Source: Octopus bimaculoides (taxonomy: Eukaryota). From it: a stretch of DNA of 64,000 nt. The translations under genes and the position numbers were made by a program. The notes below the pieces were generated by a model, which worked only from the letters and a program-made list of their open reading frames with translations, made no database searches and was not told the origin of the DNA. Below are positions 51,530-64,000 of this stretch, piece after piece; positions within the stretch are counted from its first letter, which is position 1, and the number at the start of each line of letters is the position of its first letter. The stretch is from assembly GCF_001194135.2 (NCBI RefSeq), contig NC_068992.1:50808335-50872334 (forward strand), written 5' to 3'.

Positions 51530-51730
51530 GCAATTTGGCCGAATTGTCAGAGAGTTACCTGGTTATACGTGTTCTGATTATTACGGTCTAAGTACGAATT
51601 CCACCGAGGTCAGTATTGCTTCTCCTTATACCGAAATCAATGACATAATGCATTAGTTAACTATGCGAAACGATGGCATCAAATAATCTCTCCCCTTAAA
51701 ACGACCAGCCTCGTGCCTAAATGAGAAACT
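51530..51730 (+). mobile_element. Degenerate SINE family C
   Basis: TTGGCCGAATTGTCAG...AATTCCACCGAGGTCAG...CTCTCCCCTTAAAA...GCCTCGTGCCTAAAT. Confidence 0.5.
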
Positions 51731-51796
51731 GTTATGTAAAATGAAATACAGAAAAATTGCACCTGGGAGGAAAAAAGAAATCAATCATAATTTTTA

Positions 51797-51896
51797 AAAA
51801 ATGACATACTGACTGTAAGCTAAAAATGAGATACTGACTGTAAGCTAAAAATGACATACTGACTGTAAGCTAAAAATGAAATACTGACTGTAAGCT
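51797..51896. repeat. 25-bp minisatellite x4 (AAAAATGANATACTGACTGTAAGCT)
   Basis: Four head-to-tail units that differ only at position 9 (C, G, C, A). Confidence 0.97.
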
Positions 51897-52221
51897 ATAC
51901 GTTTATATTTTAATGTATGTATATTCAGTGCGTTGTAAAAACGTGTCCATACATTAAATCTAGATAAAAAATCTTGCTGCGTCAGATATTAGAAAATAAT
52001 AATTTTATTTAGCGAAGTTACTGAGTAAATTGTACACAAATCTTTGAGTCATATTTACGATTAATGAAATCTTTTCAAAGATATAATGTTGTCTCGGTGT
52101 AATTGTCATCATGAGTGTCCATGCAGAAATTGTTCGGTTTCCCTCTTCGAATTGTATTATTTACACACGAATACCGATTGCCATTTTCCTCATATATATN
52201 NNNNNNNNNNNNNNNNNNNNN

Positions 52222-52262
<41 letters not shown>

Positions 52263-53420
52263 CTTAAGTATATGTACGTATACACGTATACATAAATATA
52301 TACATACATACATGCATATATATATGTATGTGTATGTGTGAGTATATCGGCCTGTATATGCGTATATATGTATATGTAAATATATGTGTGTATATATGTG
52401 TGTGTGTGTGTGTACGTGTCTGTGTGAGTGTCTCTGTATATCTGCATGTCTGTGTGTGTGCATGTGTGTGCGAGAGGAAGGGAGAGAGAAGGAGACATAC
52501 TCCTTATGGGTTTACAAAATATGTTTCTAGGTGTATCTGTGTTTGTGCATGCCACATCGGCTGTTTCGAACCATTATGCGTGCTGCAATTAGAGAAAATT
52601 AATGGAGTGACCATAGTAAGTGTCTGTAAGCTCATAACTTGATAGCTGTAACAATATGTATTCATCAAACAAGATGAAGACTGTTCTATGACAATTATTT
52701 TTGCTATTCAATTTACGAAATCTTATCGAGTTTCTCAATGTTTCGTTTAGAATTGAACTACGTTATTGAATGTAAAACTGGAGATTTAACACGAGATTAA
52801 ATAAGATATTAATAACACACTTCAGTTTTATGTAAGCACTTGCGTTACGTAACTAAATAGATTACGCTTTGCATTACTGCAGGTCTTTCATATTGTTCAT
52901 GATATAATGCTATACTTTCTTATTTTGATGTAGTCTTTGAAGATATAAGAGAATGCTTCATATTTTTATATACTAATACTACTTTATAGTCTTGCTTGAA
53001 TATATTTCTGTTAGATATATATAAGTGAAAAGAACTGAAATAACATAGAATAAGCACTATCCATGTCTGCAAGTTTCCCTCCAAATAACCCAATGCATAT
53101 TGCAAATTTCCTCCTCTACATCTTGTCGCTAAGGGGCATAAAACGGACATTTACGAAGTTTAATCATAAAGTTCTAAGATTTCATATATATTGCATAAAT
53201 AACGTAAACATATCAGTGTTGCATGTTGTATCGTTCGAATCAATCCTCCTCAACTGCACGCTGCCAAAATATTTAATGGCTTCTTTTCCCAAACAAACAA
53301 ACATAATTATTTGGTCCATCTGACCATTTTCTGTAACAAATATTTAAACATCTATATATCGCATACCCTTCTCCCTCTCCCTCTCTGCCTCAGTCTCTGT
53401 TCTTATGTACCTATATAGAT

Positions 53421-53752
53421 AGTGGAGTCTCAATGGCCCAGTAGTTAGGGCAACGGACACGCGGTCGTAGGATGGCGGTTTCGATTCCCAGACCTAAAGT
53501 TTCATGAGGCTACGGCAGGGGATGGTGGCGAACACTGCTGTACTCTTTCACCACAACTTCCTATTCCTCTTTCTTCCCGTTACTGTTGTAACTGTATTTC
53601 AAAAGGCCATCCTAGTCACACTCCCTGAGAACTACGTTAAGAGCACACGTGTCTGTGGAGTGCTCAGCCACTTGCACGTCAATTTCACGAGCAGGCTGTT
53701 CCGTTGATCGGATCAACTGTAACCCTCGACGTCGTAACCGACGTAGTGCCAC
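53421..53752 (+). mobile_element. SINE family B with two internal deletions
   Basis: Colinear with the reverse complement of 11955-12344; A-box TGGCCCAGTAG and B-box GGTTTCGATTCCC. Confidence 0.9.
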
Positions 53753-53774
53753 GTATATATATATATATATATAT

Positions 53775-53950
53775 CACATCACCGACCAGCTTATCAGATG
53801 TTGTTACACGTCGCAGGTCAATGTGTTTTGCATTGTTTCAGCCTTCAAATGACGCCATTCCGCCGGCTGGGCGAGCAGGCCACCATCTCCATTGATCGAA
53901 AGGGGACTGAAGCAACGGTGAAACGAAGTATTTTGCTGAAGAACACACGC
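53775..53950 (-). mobile_element. SINE 3'/central fragment with CORE-like segment
   Basis: GTGAAACGAAGTATTTTGCTGAAGAACACACGC parallels the family D segment at 18908-18945. Confidence 0.55.
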
Positions 53951-54086
53951 ACACACATGTATGTGCATATANNNNNNNNNNNNNNNNNNNNNNNNNNNNN
54001 NNNNNNNNNNNNNNNNNNNNNNNNNNNNNNNNNNNNNNNNNNNNNNNNNNNNNNNNNNNNNNNNNNNNNNNNNNNNNNNNNNNNNN

Positions 54087-54127
<41 letters not shown>

Positions 54128-55189
54128 ATATATGTCGCTGTCTATGGATATTTACATAAAGTTATGGGGACACGCAACAGTGTTTTCCTGTTTTGGCGAA
54201 ATGCAAACAATTATGGACTTGCCTACTAAACGTCATCTAAGACTTTCATTTCCATTCCATCATTTCACAGTATAAGAAACATTAATGTTGTGAAATAAAC
54301 GGTTATCTACATAATAATATAGAATCTTATTTTCTGTTACTGTGATTGCTAGAATGATTTTTAAAGAGCTATCACAAATGGGTATCTTTTCACGTCGTTC
54401 TTTAAAGGCTACGGCGAAAGAATAAATGCCGTCCTCAACATCAGAAAATTGTAGCTCTTCGATTATGCATTGTTATCTGTACACACTTGAAACATTTTGG
54501 ATTTAAATCTTCCAGTCTTGAAGCTTTACTGTTGATTGTACACACTGCATTATTGAAAATATACCTACATTTAAGCAAGCATTTATATATTATTTCTTTT
54601 TATTTGAAGGCTGTCTTTACATCTTATTTCCTTATTTTCTTGCATATACAGAATTTTACAAAATGTCACCTCTCTCTGCACACACAAACACACTCCCGGC
54701 AGCTGTGTTTTATCATAATTATTTTTCTTACAACTCCTTTTTCATAAAAATTCACCTGTCACATCTGACCTTTCTGAGTATAGAAGATATTTATCCAAAC
54801 TTATTCAACCAATCTCTATCTGACACTTTATTGCAAGTGCGAAATCACTGATTTTCTATAAATATTCTTCACAGAGCGATGTACAAAAGCTTCAGCCAAA
54901 CTATTACATGAATATATCCAATTGTATTCTACACTTCATATCGAGAAGTTTGGTGATGTACACTCGTAGACACAAACACATGAACGTATAGGTAGAATAC
55001 ACATCTTCTTGGTCCACACAGATCTCATAATAGCGTGTTGTAACTTCTCCAGAGAACCAAGACTTTATCTAAATTGAGGCCAGAGAGAACCCTATCACGT
55101 AAGATAAGAATTAAGGCGGATGATTAGTTTATTGGCACGCGTATAGTAAAGGTCTTAATCGCAGGAATTTACGCATTCATCTATCTATC

Positions 55190-55722
55190 TGTCTATAGGG
55201 GGTTGCAGTTTGGGGAATTATGTGGCCAGATTTTAGGGGTGATGTCTTCGCAGAAATTGTCTGACAACCATGTATGGGTTCTCCTGCTTGCGTAGCTTGG
55301 TGCAGTGTCCAGTTGCTAGACATAGGGTCTTCCAGAAGTCACCCTCTTGACCCAGGGCAACACTACCTCCTTCAAGGCCGTATGGGAAGATGAATGGAGA
55401 CATAATATCGCTGTCTCTAGTGATCATTCCAAATACCATGATGTTGTCTAGATGTTTGATTTGTATCACTGTCGGTATATGTTTTTGGTACGCAGCAAAC
55501 ACTCAGATTGACACCCAAACTCTGATATGTTCGTATTGGAGCTTCTGGCGCGAATGCCAAGCAGTGCAGCATGTCTTTTCCGAATTTCTGGCATGGTGCT
55601 GTTTTTCTCACAAACCGTACCCAACTGACCGTATTATGCTTTGTAGTCAACAAAATCAAAATCAAACAATGCGCATGCACGAAATTAAAAATATGAAATA
55701 GTGACAAATTATCCACCGCACG

Positions 55723-55725
<3 letters not shown>
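55190..55725 (-). mobile_element. Tc1/maT-like DNA transposon relic with internal deletions
   Basis: The - strand gives IKHLDNIMVFGMITRDSDIMSPFIFPYGL and, in a shifted frame, VVLPWVKRVTSGRPYV*QLDTAPSY...WLSDNFCEDITPKIWPHNSPNCNP (WPPNSPDxNPLD motif). Confidence 0.88.
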
Positions 55726-55799
<74 letters not shown>

Positions 55800-55815
55800 G
55801 AGAGAGAGAGAGATG

Positions 55816-55891
<76 letters not shown>
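55816..55891. repeat. (GATA)n microsatellite
   Basis: Read directly. Confidence 0.97.
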
Positions 55892-55893
<2 letters not shown>

Positions 55894-55921
55894 TAAGGAA
55901 GTGCAAATAAGCACGGTTAAT

Positions 55922-56205
55922 ATTGGATTGTCCGGAAAGTTCTGAGCGATGTTTTTATTATGCAAAAGGAAGATAAATAATTGTCCTTTCAATAAATTTT
56001 ATTCAATGAATCAATTTCTATTATTATTAATGAGCTTTGCCCATCTACCAGGCAATTTAAATATTCCATCAGCATACAGTTTGAATGGTTTTGAAGAAAA
56101 ATGTTATCGAGATGCGTTTTTACTTCATCTAAATCGTTGAATGTTTTTTCTTCCACTGAGTTCGGTGGAGACAAAAACAAGTGGCAATCGGATGGTTTAC
56201 GTATA
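55922..56205 (-). mobile_element. Mariner (Mos1-type) 3' end with TIR
   Basis: The - strand reads FLSPPNSVEEKTFNDLDEVKTHLD, similar to the mariner C-terminus PSDYHLFxSLQNxLxGKxFxxxxEVK. A TIR-like TATTGGATTGTCCGGAAAGTTC follows a TA. Confidence 0.8.
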
Positions 56206-56291
56206 CATACTTACAGACACGTACAAACGAATATATATGTAAATATATGTAAATATATGTAAATATATGTAAATATATGTAAATATATATA

Positions 56292-56670
56292 GACACAGGC
56301 GTGGCTGCGTGGTAAGAAGCTTGCTTCCCGAGCACAAGATTCTAGGTTTAGACCCACTAGGTGGCACCTTGGTCAAGTGCCTTCTACTATCAGCTCGCGT
56401 CTACCAAAGCCTCGTGAATTGAGTTGGTAGCCGGAAATTGAAAGAAGTCCGTTGTATTTGTGTGTGTCTGTGTTTGTCCTCCACCACTTGACAACCAGTA
56501 TTCGTGTGTTTACGACCCCGTAAACTAGAATCTCGGCAAAAAAGGAACGATAAAATAAATACTAGGCTTAAAAAGAGTGCTGGGGTTGATGCATTAAACA
56601 AAAAATCGTTCATGCGAGTGCCTCAGCTTGGATGCAGTCTGTTGACAGAAACATGTAAAAAAAAAAAAAG
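56292..56670 (+). mobile_element. Full-length SINE family A with A-rich tail
   Basis: CAGGCGTGGCTGCGTGGTAAGAAGCTTGCTTCCC...GGCACCTTGGTCAAGTGCCTTCTACTAT...CTTGACAACCAG...; poly-A tail at about 56657. Confidence 0.88.
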
Positions 56671-57195
56671 GAGATACATGCAGAAAGAACACACATACAC
56701 AGACAAACACTTAGATACATACATGCATACATGTATACACACATTCAAACGCACGCACACGTACATGTATAGAAAAGTCTAAGAACCCAAACTATGCCGT
56801 TGGAAGCAAACCGCTTACCACACAGCCAATATACTCACACGTCCACATATAATATACAAACAAACTTAGCCATGCGTATCGTTTTTCATGCTCACTTTCT
56901 GAATCTTAATATAACATATTTGTTGGTATCTACGTTTGTATATATAGAAACGTATATGCTAACACACATATATATATATGTATACATGTATATGCTGTCG
57001 CTCTCATGAAACGAAGCAATTGAAGTTACCAAACTTTATTTTAGATATCATCCATGTCTTTATATATGCATGGATGTATGTGTCTCTCTGTCTGTCTGTC
57101 TGTAAGCATGTATGTATGCATGTATTCAGGTATATATGCATCTGTATTTCTCTTCCTCTTTGCCTCTCTCAAATATATATTCGTANNNNNNNNNN

Positions 57196-57229
<34 letters not shown>

Positions 57230-58459
57230 TACACACACGCACATACACACACACATACACTGATATTCGAGTAAAATACATATATGTATGCATAGATATA
57301 TATGCGTAGATACATGTGTATTAACCAATCGATGTTATCTATTGCTAATAATGAAGCTGACTTCATCTGATGTTCGCCAAAGTGACGCGCGAACATTTAG
57401 AGGAATAACGAGAGAGTTTTTCACCGTAGATATCTCTTTGAATTGAAAGCTAACTCACGTATTAGCTGCTCGTTTTCTTTGAAACCAAATCAATGCAAGC
57501 GAAATAAAGTTTGAAATCTCCTCTAATTAGAAACATTCAGTCACTGCTCGAACCATTTCCATCGAAGAGATAAACATAAAACCTTACAGAATGGTAATCA
57601 AAGTATCTTTGACTGGCACTAGTCATCCAGATGCCATCATTTCAACGACCATTTAAAATGGTACAGCTTAACATTACAAAATTCCATCTACTCTTCTCAG
57701 AACATTCAGCTTGATTGTCCGAGTCACATGGATTTGAAACAATTAATTCAATGTAAAGGTTGCCGTCTTTTTGTGAATAAGTTCTACAACAATCACTGCA
57801 CTTTCTATCGATTGTTCGAATTAAGTTGACGAATTCTTAAATGAACGCTATTCATATTCTAATGAATTCCTACCTTCTTTTTACGCTGCAGCTAATCGTC
57901 TCAACTACTTCCTCTCGTGGTTAGCATTTGTGATTGTTGTGGAAATTTCGACAGACTTAACAAACAGATTTACTGAGAAATATGTGATTAAAGAATAAGA
58001 AAAAGTATCTGAAATATAATATCTACCATTTCCCGTCTATTTGAGCCTATCAACCAGAAATCGATGTCTTGAATGGAGCTTGGTCTATGAGGTAATATAT
58101 CAAAGTGAATTATGCAATAGAGATGATTAACCTGGGCATCGTTGTGCAAAAGAAAGTTGAAGAAAGTATTTATCCCTCAAAATAAATTATCTCTTTAATT
58201 TTAACAAATTTGCAGAAATCTCGTCATCACTTTCCAACTTCCACTTTCTATAGAAATAAATTGAGATAATAAATATGCTATTGATGATTTCAGTATAAGG
58301 AAATTTCATAGACACATGTATAAAAATACTAACATATACTAGCTTTGAGCTAGGGAACGTTAACATTTTAGCTGTGACTTGGAACTGTAAAAGATAAATA
58401 CTATATTACACCACGTTTTGCATTGAGTACATCATAAACATTGAATTCGGAAACAGAAG

Positions 58460-58760
58460 GTCTCTCTCTCCTTTTCTCAGTCTCTCTCTCCCTGCCTCAG
58501 TCTCTCTCTCTCTCTCTCTCCCTGTCTCAGTCTCTCTCTCTCTCTCCCTGTCTCAGTCTCTCTCTCTCTCTCTCNNNNNNNNNNNNNNNNNNNNNNNNNN
58601 NNNNNNNNNNNNNNNTGTCTCAGTCTCTCTCTCTCTCTCTCTCTCCCTGTCTCAGTCTCTCTCTCTCTCCTCTCTCAGTCTTTCTCTCCCACTCTCAGTC
58701 TCTCTCTCCCTCTCTCAGTCTCTCTCTCTCTCTCAGTCTCTCTCTCTCCCTCTCTCAGTC
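58460..58760. repeat. (CT)n-derived higher-order repeat with CTCAGTCTCT/CCCTGT units
   Basis: Read directly; spans a gap. Confidence 0.9.
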
Positions 58761-58799
58761 TGTCTATATGTACATGCACACATATGCGATGTTCGAAAT

Positions 58800-59205
58800 C
58801 AGGGATGATAACTTCTGTTTCCTAGGTGTGTTAATCGGCTCCGTGTATGTGTGGGGGGCCGGATGTAGTAAAGGCTTAATGACCAGAATTAAAATGGGAT
58901 GGAAAAGTTTAGGGAGCTGCTGCATGTGAGGATAATAAAGAACGAAAGTTACAAGATTATGCGATGTCTGTTTGGGAACTACGGAGCCCCATGTTTATGT
59001 GTCTTAGGTATTAAATGCAGAGGATGTTTGAAAGTTGAAAAGAAATGAGGGGAGTACTCTTCGCTGAATTTGTAAAATTACTATGCATGAACGATAAAGC
59101 ATTGAATAACCGAGAGGGAAAAACGTATGAGTAATCTATTGTGGAGTGTAAGAAAGATTGATATTCTGGCATGGATGAAGAAATGCGATGACAAGAATTG
59201 CCAAG
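58800..59205 (+). mobile_element. RTE-clade LINE 3' relic
   Basis: Fragments read DNFCFLG, GCSKGLMTRIKMGWKS and LNAEDV*KLKRNEGSTLR*ICK, similar to the RTE pattern xFxYLG...GCxxxxxARIxxGWxKF...AEDxxRLERNExSMLRWMC. Confidence 0.75.
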
Positions 59206-60507
59206 AGTTTCATGTAACGCGATCTAAAGCAAGAGAAGTACTACGAAAATGATACCTTGCCTCATCAGAGTTGTGTGAGCTTGCTTTTCTGTAGAAGTAT
59301 ATGATTGTTCTTAGTTCGTAATTTCCCATGATTGTGCCGTTTAAAGGTTGCTGTTTTGTGTGCTTTGAAGTGGGTAGTGCAACGTCATCCACTTTCTGAA
59401 ACTAATGCAATGAGGCTTGTCTCACACTTATTTATTACCCTCTGCATTTCTAACACATAAAGTTCAGAAATCTGGTCATGTACCATCAATATCCTCTCTA
59501 GGTCATGGTAGTCTTGCAAACAAGTTATCTTGCATCCATTTCAGTGCCTAGGAAAGTATGTTTACATTGAACCCATTAACTCATACAGTATTTTGCGATG
59601 CTCTCTGACCGTTCAATAAATTAAATTGTTTGGAGCTACTCCCCTTCCACTCACCATTTTCTCTTTTAGTGTAATACGAAAAAGTACCAATGCTTTGGCC
59701 GAAGAGAAAAAGGAAGTATTTAGGGGTCACCGGCGCAGTGTATATCTGCGCATTGCGGATTGTTAGTGGAACATGACATCTGTGTAGAGGGTGTTAAGAA
59801 GCAAATCGCTTGAAATATAAACGCATCCTTTCCGGAATTTGTGAAATTGCAACCGCTCCAATCTCAGCAAACAAAAGGAACGACTGTAAGTTGTAAAAGA
59901 TAATGCGGAAGATGTTCTGTTTATCATCTCTACCTGTTCCTACTTTGTCATCCATTTCTAGTTGAGAACAACTACCCAACTTGTAATACCATCTTGTTTG
60001 TAGTCATTCTGATGGTCCCAGCAAAATTAACCATTCCATATCTCCAGCACCATACAATACTACCAGACACACTGACATTTTATGTCCATCATATAAGTTA
60101 ATTTTGTTCCAGCCACTACTGTGAAAAATGTATTGAAAACCATTATTATTTAGTGCATTGTTAAAACATGCATATTGATTTGACACATTTTAGACAGTTA
60201 ATTTAACTAAAGAAATTACTAACGCGTTAGCTAAATTTGTTTTCATAATAAAGTTTACAATTGGGAAAAATCCATAGATTCTACCTGTCATTGCAAATTC
60301 TGTAAACACGACAGTGGTTTACGGTTGTCAATTATAACTAATTAATTTTAATTATTTCACACACGCACTGACAGTTAAAAGTCTATGAATATACTCTATA
60401 GTAAACGTCGTGAATGTATGTACGTGTGGATTTCGGTGTGTGTTTATGGGCTGTATATATTTATGTGCATACCTGTTTCACTCTGTGTATGCGAATACGT
60501 TCCATCA

Positions 60508-60576
<69 letters not shown>

Positions 60577-60769
60577 GTGTACACACTGTGTATACATCAG
60601 CGTCTTGTTTTAATTTCATACTGATTCTACTGCATGTAACAGACGTGTACGTGTGTGGTGGGGTATCTTTGCATACACAGCTATATGAGTGTATTTATAT
60701 ATACCCATCTATTTGTGTATAGATATACATACATCGATGATGTATATCTGTGTGTATGCGCATAAAGAC

Positions 60770-60800
<31 letters not shown>

Positions 60801-61259
60801 AGTGGAAATCTCCGTTGTACTATTTTACAAATATTATTGTACGGGAATTTCATCAAACATCAAACAAAGTGACTGACATGAAAACATCAACCATATGTGA
60901 TTATAGCCTCACTTCCCATGAAGGATGATATATAAACAAGTAGGCCGAAGTTTATCGGCGACACACACACACACACACACACACACATATGTATATNNNN
61001 NNNNNNNNNNNNNNNNNNNNNNNNNNNNNNNNNNNNNNNNNNNNNNNNNNNNNNNNNNNNNNNNNNNNNNNNNNNNNNNNNNNNNNNNNNNNNNNNNNNN
61101 NNNNNNNNNNNNNNNNNNNNNNNNNNNNNNNNNNNNNNNNNNNNNNNNNNNNNNNNNNNNNNNNNNNNNNNNNNNNNNNNNNNNNNNNNNNNNNNNNNNN
61201 NNNNNNNNNNNNNNNNNNNNNNNGCGCACAAATATGAATTTTTGTGTATGTGTGTGTGC

Positions 61260-61313
<54 letters not shown>

Positions 61314-61871
61314 CATAATTAATGAATTCAAATGTCCTGAAATTGTTGGCCTTATGCCAATATTTGAAACCAATGTTCAATACGTGATCCAAGCTCATTA
61401 TCGCATTTACCGATTTATTGAAATCTTTATTGCTAGTAACTATATGATCAGAATTTATGTATAACCCTCCTCAACGCACCGGGATTCAAACTGATCATGA
61501 AAATCTCCATTTTTCTCTCGACATAGTGATTAATGGAAATAATTTTTCTTATGTCCAGTATATTTTATTACATATCGCAAAGCTAGGTACAAACTCCTAC
61601 TGCTTTCTTGGGTTAGATCTTAATATTCCATTTATCTTAGAAAATCGGCTCTGCTTATTACAACAACGATAAATAAAAATGTTAGCTGGCTGCCACCAAA
61701 ACTCTTCCATAGCCGAATTGATATTGCCGGATCTGTGAACTTTGCGAACAGTTATGATCGGGAAGTACGAAAGTACACTTAAGAAGTGTTTTTCGGAGAT
61801 GGAAAAAGAACAAAGAGAAAAAGTTCGTACAAGACCCTGAAGAGAGTCTTTACGAGTATTGCGACCGATCA

Positions 61872-61914
<43 letters not shown>

Positions 61915-62313
61915 GCATACATACATGTATGTATGTGTGATTGCACGTATAAATTAATGCGAATTACAAAAGGAATTATGTACATTCAGTCATGTTATCC
62001 TGCATACATACACACATAGGTATATATATACGTATGTATGTATATATCTATATATATATATATATATACATATATATGGTTACATATTTGTATATGTGTG
62101 TGTGTGTGTGTACATGTACGCACGTACATAAATATTAATACGCGTTCATGCGTGCCTTCTAAACATCGTTTTCTTGCTCATATTTCTTTCACACAATATA
62201 AAATGGTCATATTTTTACCAGAAGCACAACAGATTTGCAGAATCAAACGTTATATTTTGATTTTATAGTTATGTTGTTCTCCTTCTCCAAATAAACTGTT
62301 TGCTACCTCCAAA

Positions 62314-62320
62314 TATATAA
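62314..62320 (+). promoter_or_regulatory. Candidate TATA box (TATATAA) for the 63-kb gene
   Basis: Motif lies about 250 bp upstream of a strong donor AAG|GTAAGC at 62568/62569. TATA-like strings are common in this AT-rich DNA. Confidence 0.2.
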
Positions 62321-62339
62321 GCTAGTCGAATAAAATGCA

Positions 62340-62568
62340 AGTGTTTCACGTGTATGTTGAAAAACATTGCTAGCTTCACAACCATATTACATTGCTCTAT
62401 AACAATCGACTTGATACGTTCGAATTCATCTAAGAACAGAATCATAACGCTTTCTCCCAATACTTTATTGGTGATCTTTCTCCGACACCAAGTTTTATGC
62501 TTTATTTCCAAAAATGTCGGCTTTGGGGATTAAAATACTGTAACATTTTCCAAGCCAGGATGCTGAAG
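62340..62568 (+). other. Candidate 5'UTR exon of the signal-peptide gene
   Basis: Strong donor AAG|GTAAGC, 491 nt upstream of the acceptor at 63058-63059. The 5' boundary is a guess. Confidence 0.35.
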
Positions 62569-63096
62569 GTAAGCATTGATACAAAAAAATCATTTCTTCA
62601 GAGCCAAGATAATGCCACTTACGCGTATAGATTTTGTACCAATTACTCACAGGGACGGCACAATAATTTGTAACCCGGCCGCAATGACATTACCTATCCA
62701 AATCTTTGTAGCGAAACATGATTCAATAGAGATGTCCCACTTGGTGCCAACATATAACTACAACTACTTGTTAAATTCAGTGCTCTTTTTCCTTTTAAGA
62801 AGCCAACACAATTTGCTTCATTATCGAAATCTAATAACTGCTCTGTGTTTTAGACATTACATAATTTGCTCCAATCTACATTTTATAAATTCAAGAATCT
62901 CAATATAAAAGAGAAAAATCTAACAATTATGGTAGATGTCTTTTGATTAACAGGAAAGTTTCTTGAATAATAATTCTCCTAAAAAGCACGAATGTGTAAA
63001 TGTGTATGGAAGCAAACATTATCTAATCTAGCAGTTTCCCCTTTCTCTTTCTCTCTCAGAAATATTTAGTTGATTCCCATCCGAGACATCATTAAT

Positions 63097-63160
63097 ATGA
63101 TTTTGGCAGCAACACTTGTCGTTGTTGTAATTCTCGTTTATACAGCTGAAGCTTTACAAG
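63097..63160 (+). CDS. First coding exon of a secreted or type I membrane protein: signal peptide MILAATLVVVVILVYTAEA/LQ, phase-1 intron
   Basis: Branch-like CTAAT, a pyrimidine tract TTTCCCCTTTCTCTTTCTCTCTCAG, an in-frame upstream TAG (63067-69), ATG at 63097, a hydrophobic core, an A-E-A cleavage motif, and donor AAG|GTATAT. Confidence 0.7.
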
Positions 63161-63520
63161 GTATATAATATATACATTATTTTCGATAACACTCGACTAG
63201 AAGGAAATCGTGTTTACAAAGAGAAACCCAAGATTGAGAACGGAAATATTATCAGTGTAATGTTTTTAAATACATCGATATAATTTGTGTGAATGAAGAA
63301 TGCCAAAGCAAGCATAGAATTGTGTTCATTTACCTAACTATAATAGAATTGTCTGGAGCACTGTCATCAAATCAAGTTTGTACCAAGATGGTTTATTATT
63401 GATAAAACGTTGAACAACTGAAGAATGCAAGTTCTTAGTTCTATCTGTCTAACGATATTGTATTAGTGTACATAATGGAGTTGCAAATTTTGTCCTGTAA
63501 AGAGATGTTTTCTTTATGCC

Positions 63521-63564
<44 letters not shown>

Positions 63565-64000
63565 AATTTTGCAGTTTTAAAGATATCTCATGCATCTTGA
63601 CCATGATCGAACAAACTAAAAAGGACCACATACCCACACATTGTGTTTGTCTCCAAATATAACTGCGCGTATATCTCTAGGATTCCTTATCTTTGTATCT
63701 CTCTGCACTTCAAAATACTATCATTGTTATTGAAACCCACTTTAAGCTCCAAGTGTGTGCGTTAGTGTTTAGATATCAGTCGTTTGCATACATACTTCGA
63801 TTTACCCAAAGGCAGTCGATAGATGTATAACCATACAATCGTCTGAAAGAAAAAAAAAAGGAAGCAGAATATAATTTACTTAATGTAAATGTAACAAACT
63901 GTCTTGAGGCTAAACACTAGTCACTTGACTATTGTTTAAGTCAGTTTATATCTCGAAAAATACTGATTAATATATTAGTTTTATTATTGAATAATCCAAC

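Noticed and set aside
51797-51896. 25-bp repeats as a CRISPR array
   Set aside because: The units are contiguous with no spacers, the context is eukaryotic, and there are no cas genes.
59733-59751. GCGCAG/CTGCGC hairpin as a Helitron 3' terminus
   Set aside because: No convincing CTRR-T end at the expected distance, and no 5' TC end or second copy seen.

Overview
AT-rich, microsatellite-saturated eukaryotic DNA from a gapped draft assembly with many N runs, most flanked by (TA)n, (GA)n or (CA)n. The SINE families and repeat style point to an octopod cephalopod such as Octopus (inference from recalled repeat families, not database-checked). There is no long genuine ORF; nearly all ORF-track entries are simple-repeat or N artefacts. 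The window is mostly intronic/intergenic and holds copies of four tRNA-derived SINE families plus decayed Tigger/pogo, Tc1/maT, mariner, RTE, RLE-type LINE and Penelope-like (PLE) elements. The one well-supported gene piece is a + strand signal-peptide exon at 63060-63160 (MILAATLVVVVILVYTAEALQ), whose gene probably continues beyond the window. The most notable finding is a type I hammerhead ribozyme with an intact core (35547-35603, + strand) at the tip of a ~160-nt fold-back (35495-35654). Two or three more degenerate hammerhead-like motifs lie in short, microsatellite-anchored, non-coding PLE-terminus or retrozyme-like units. Other observations: candidate recursive-splice (AG|GT) sites on the + strand, a composite fold-back element, a 90-bp direct repeat bracketing 1.6 kb, and an inverted SINE cluster. 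All folds and alignments were done by eye, and transposon boundaries are approximate.
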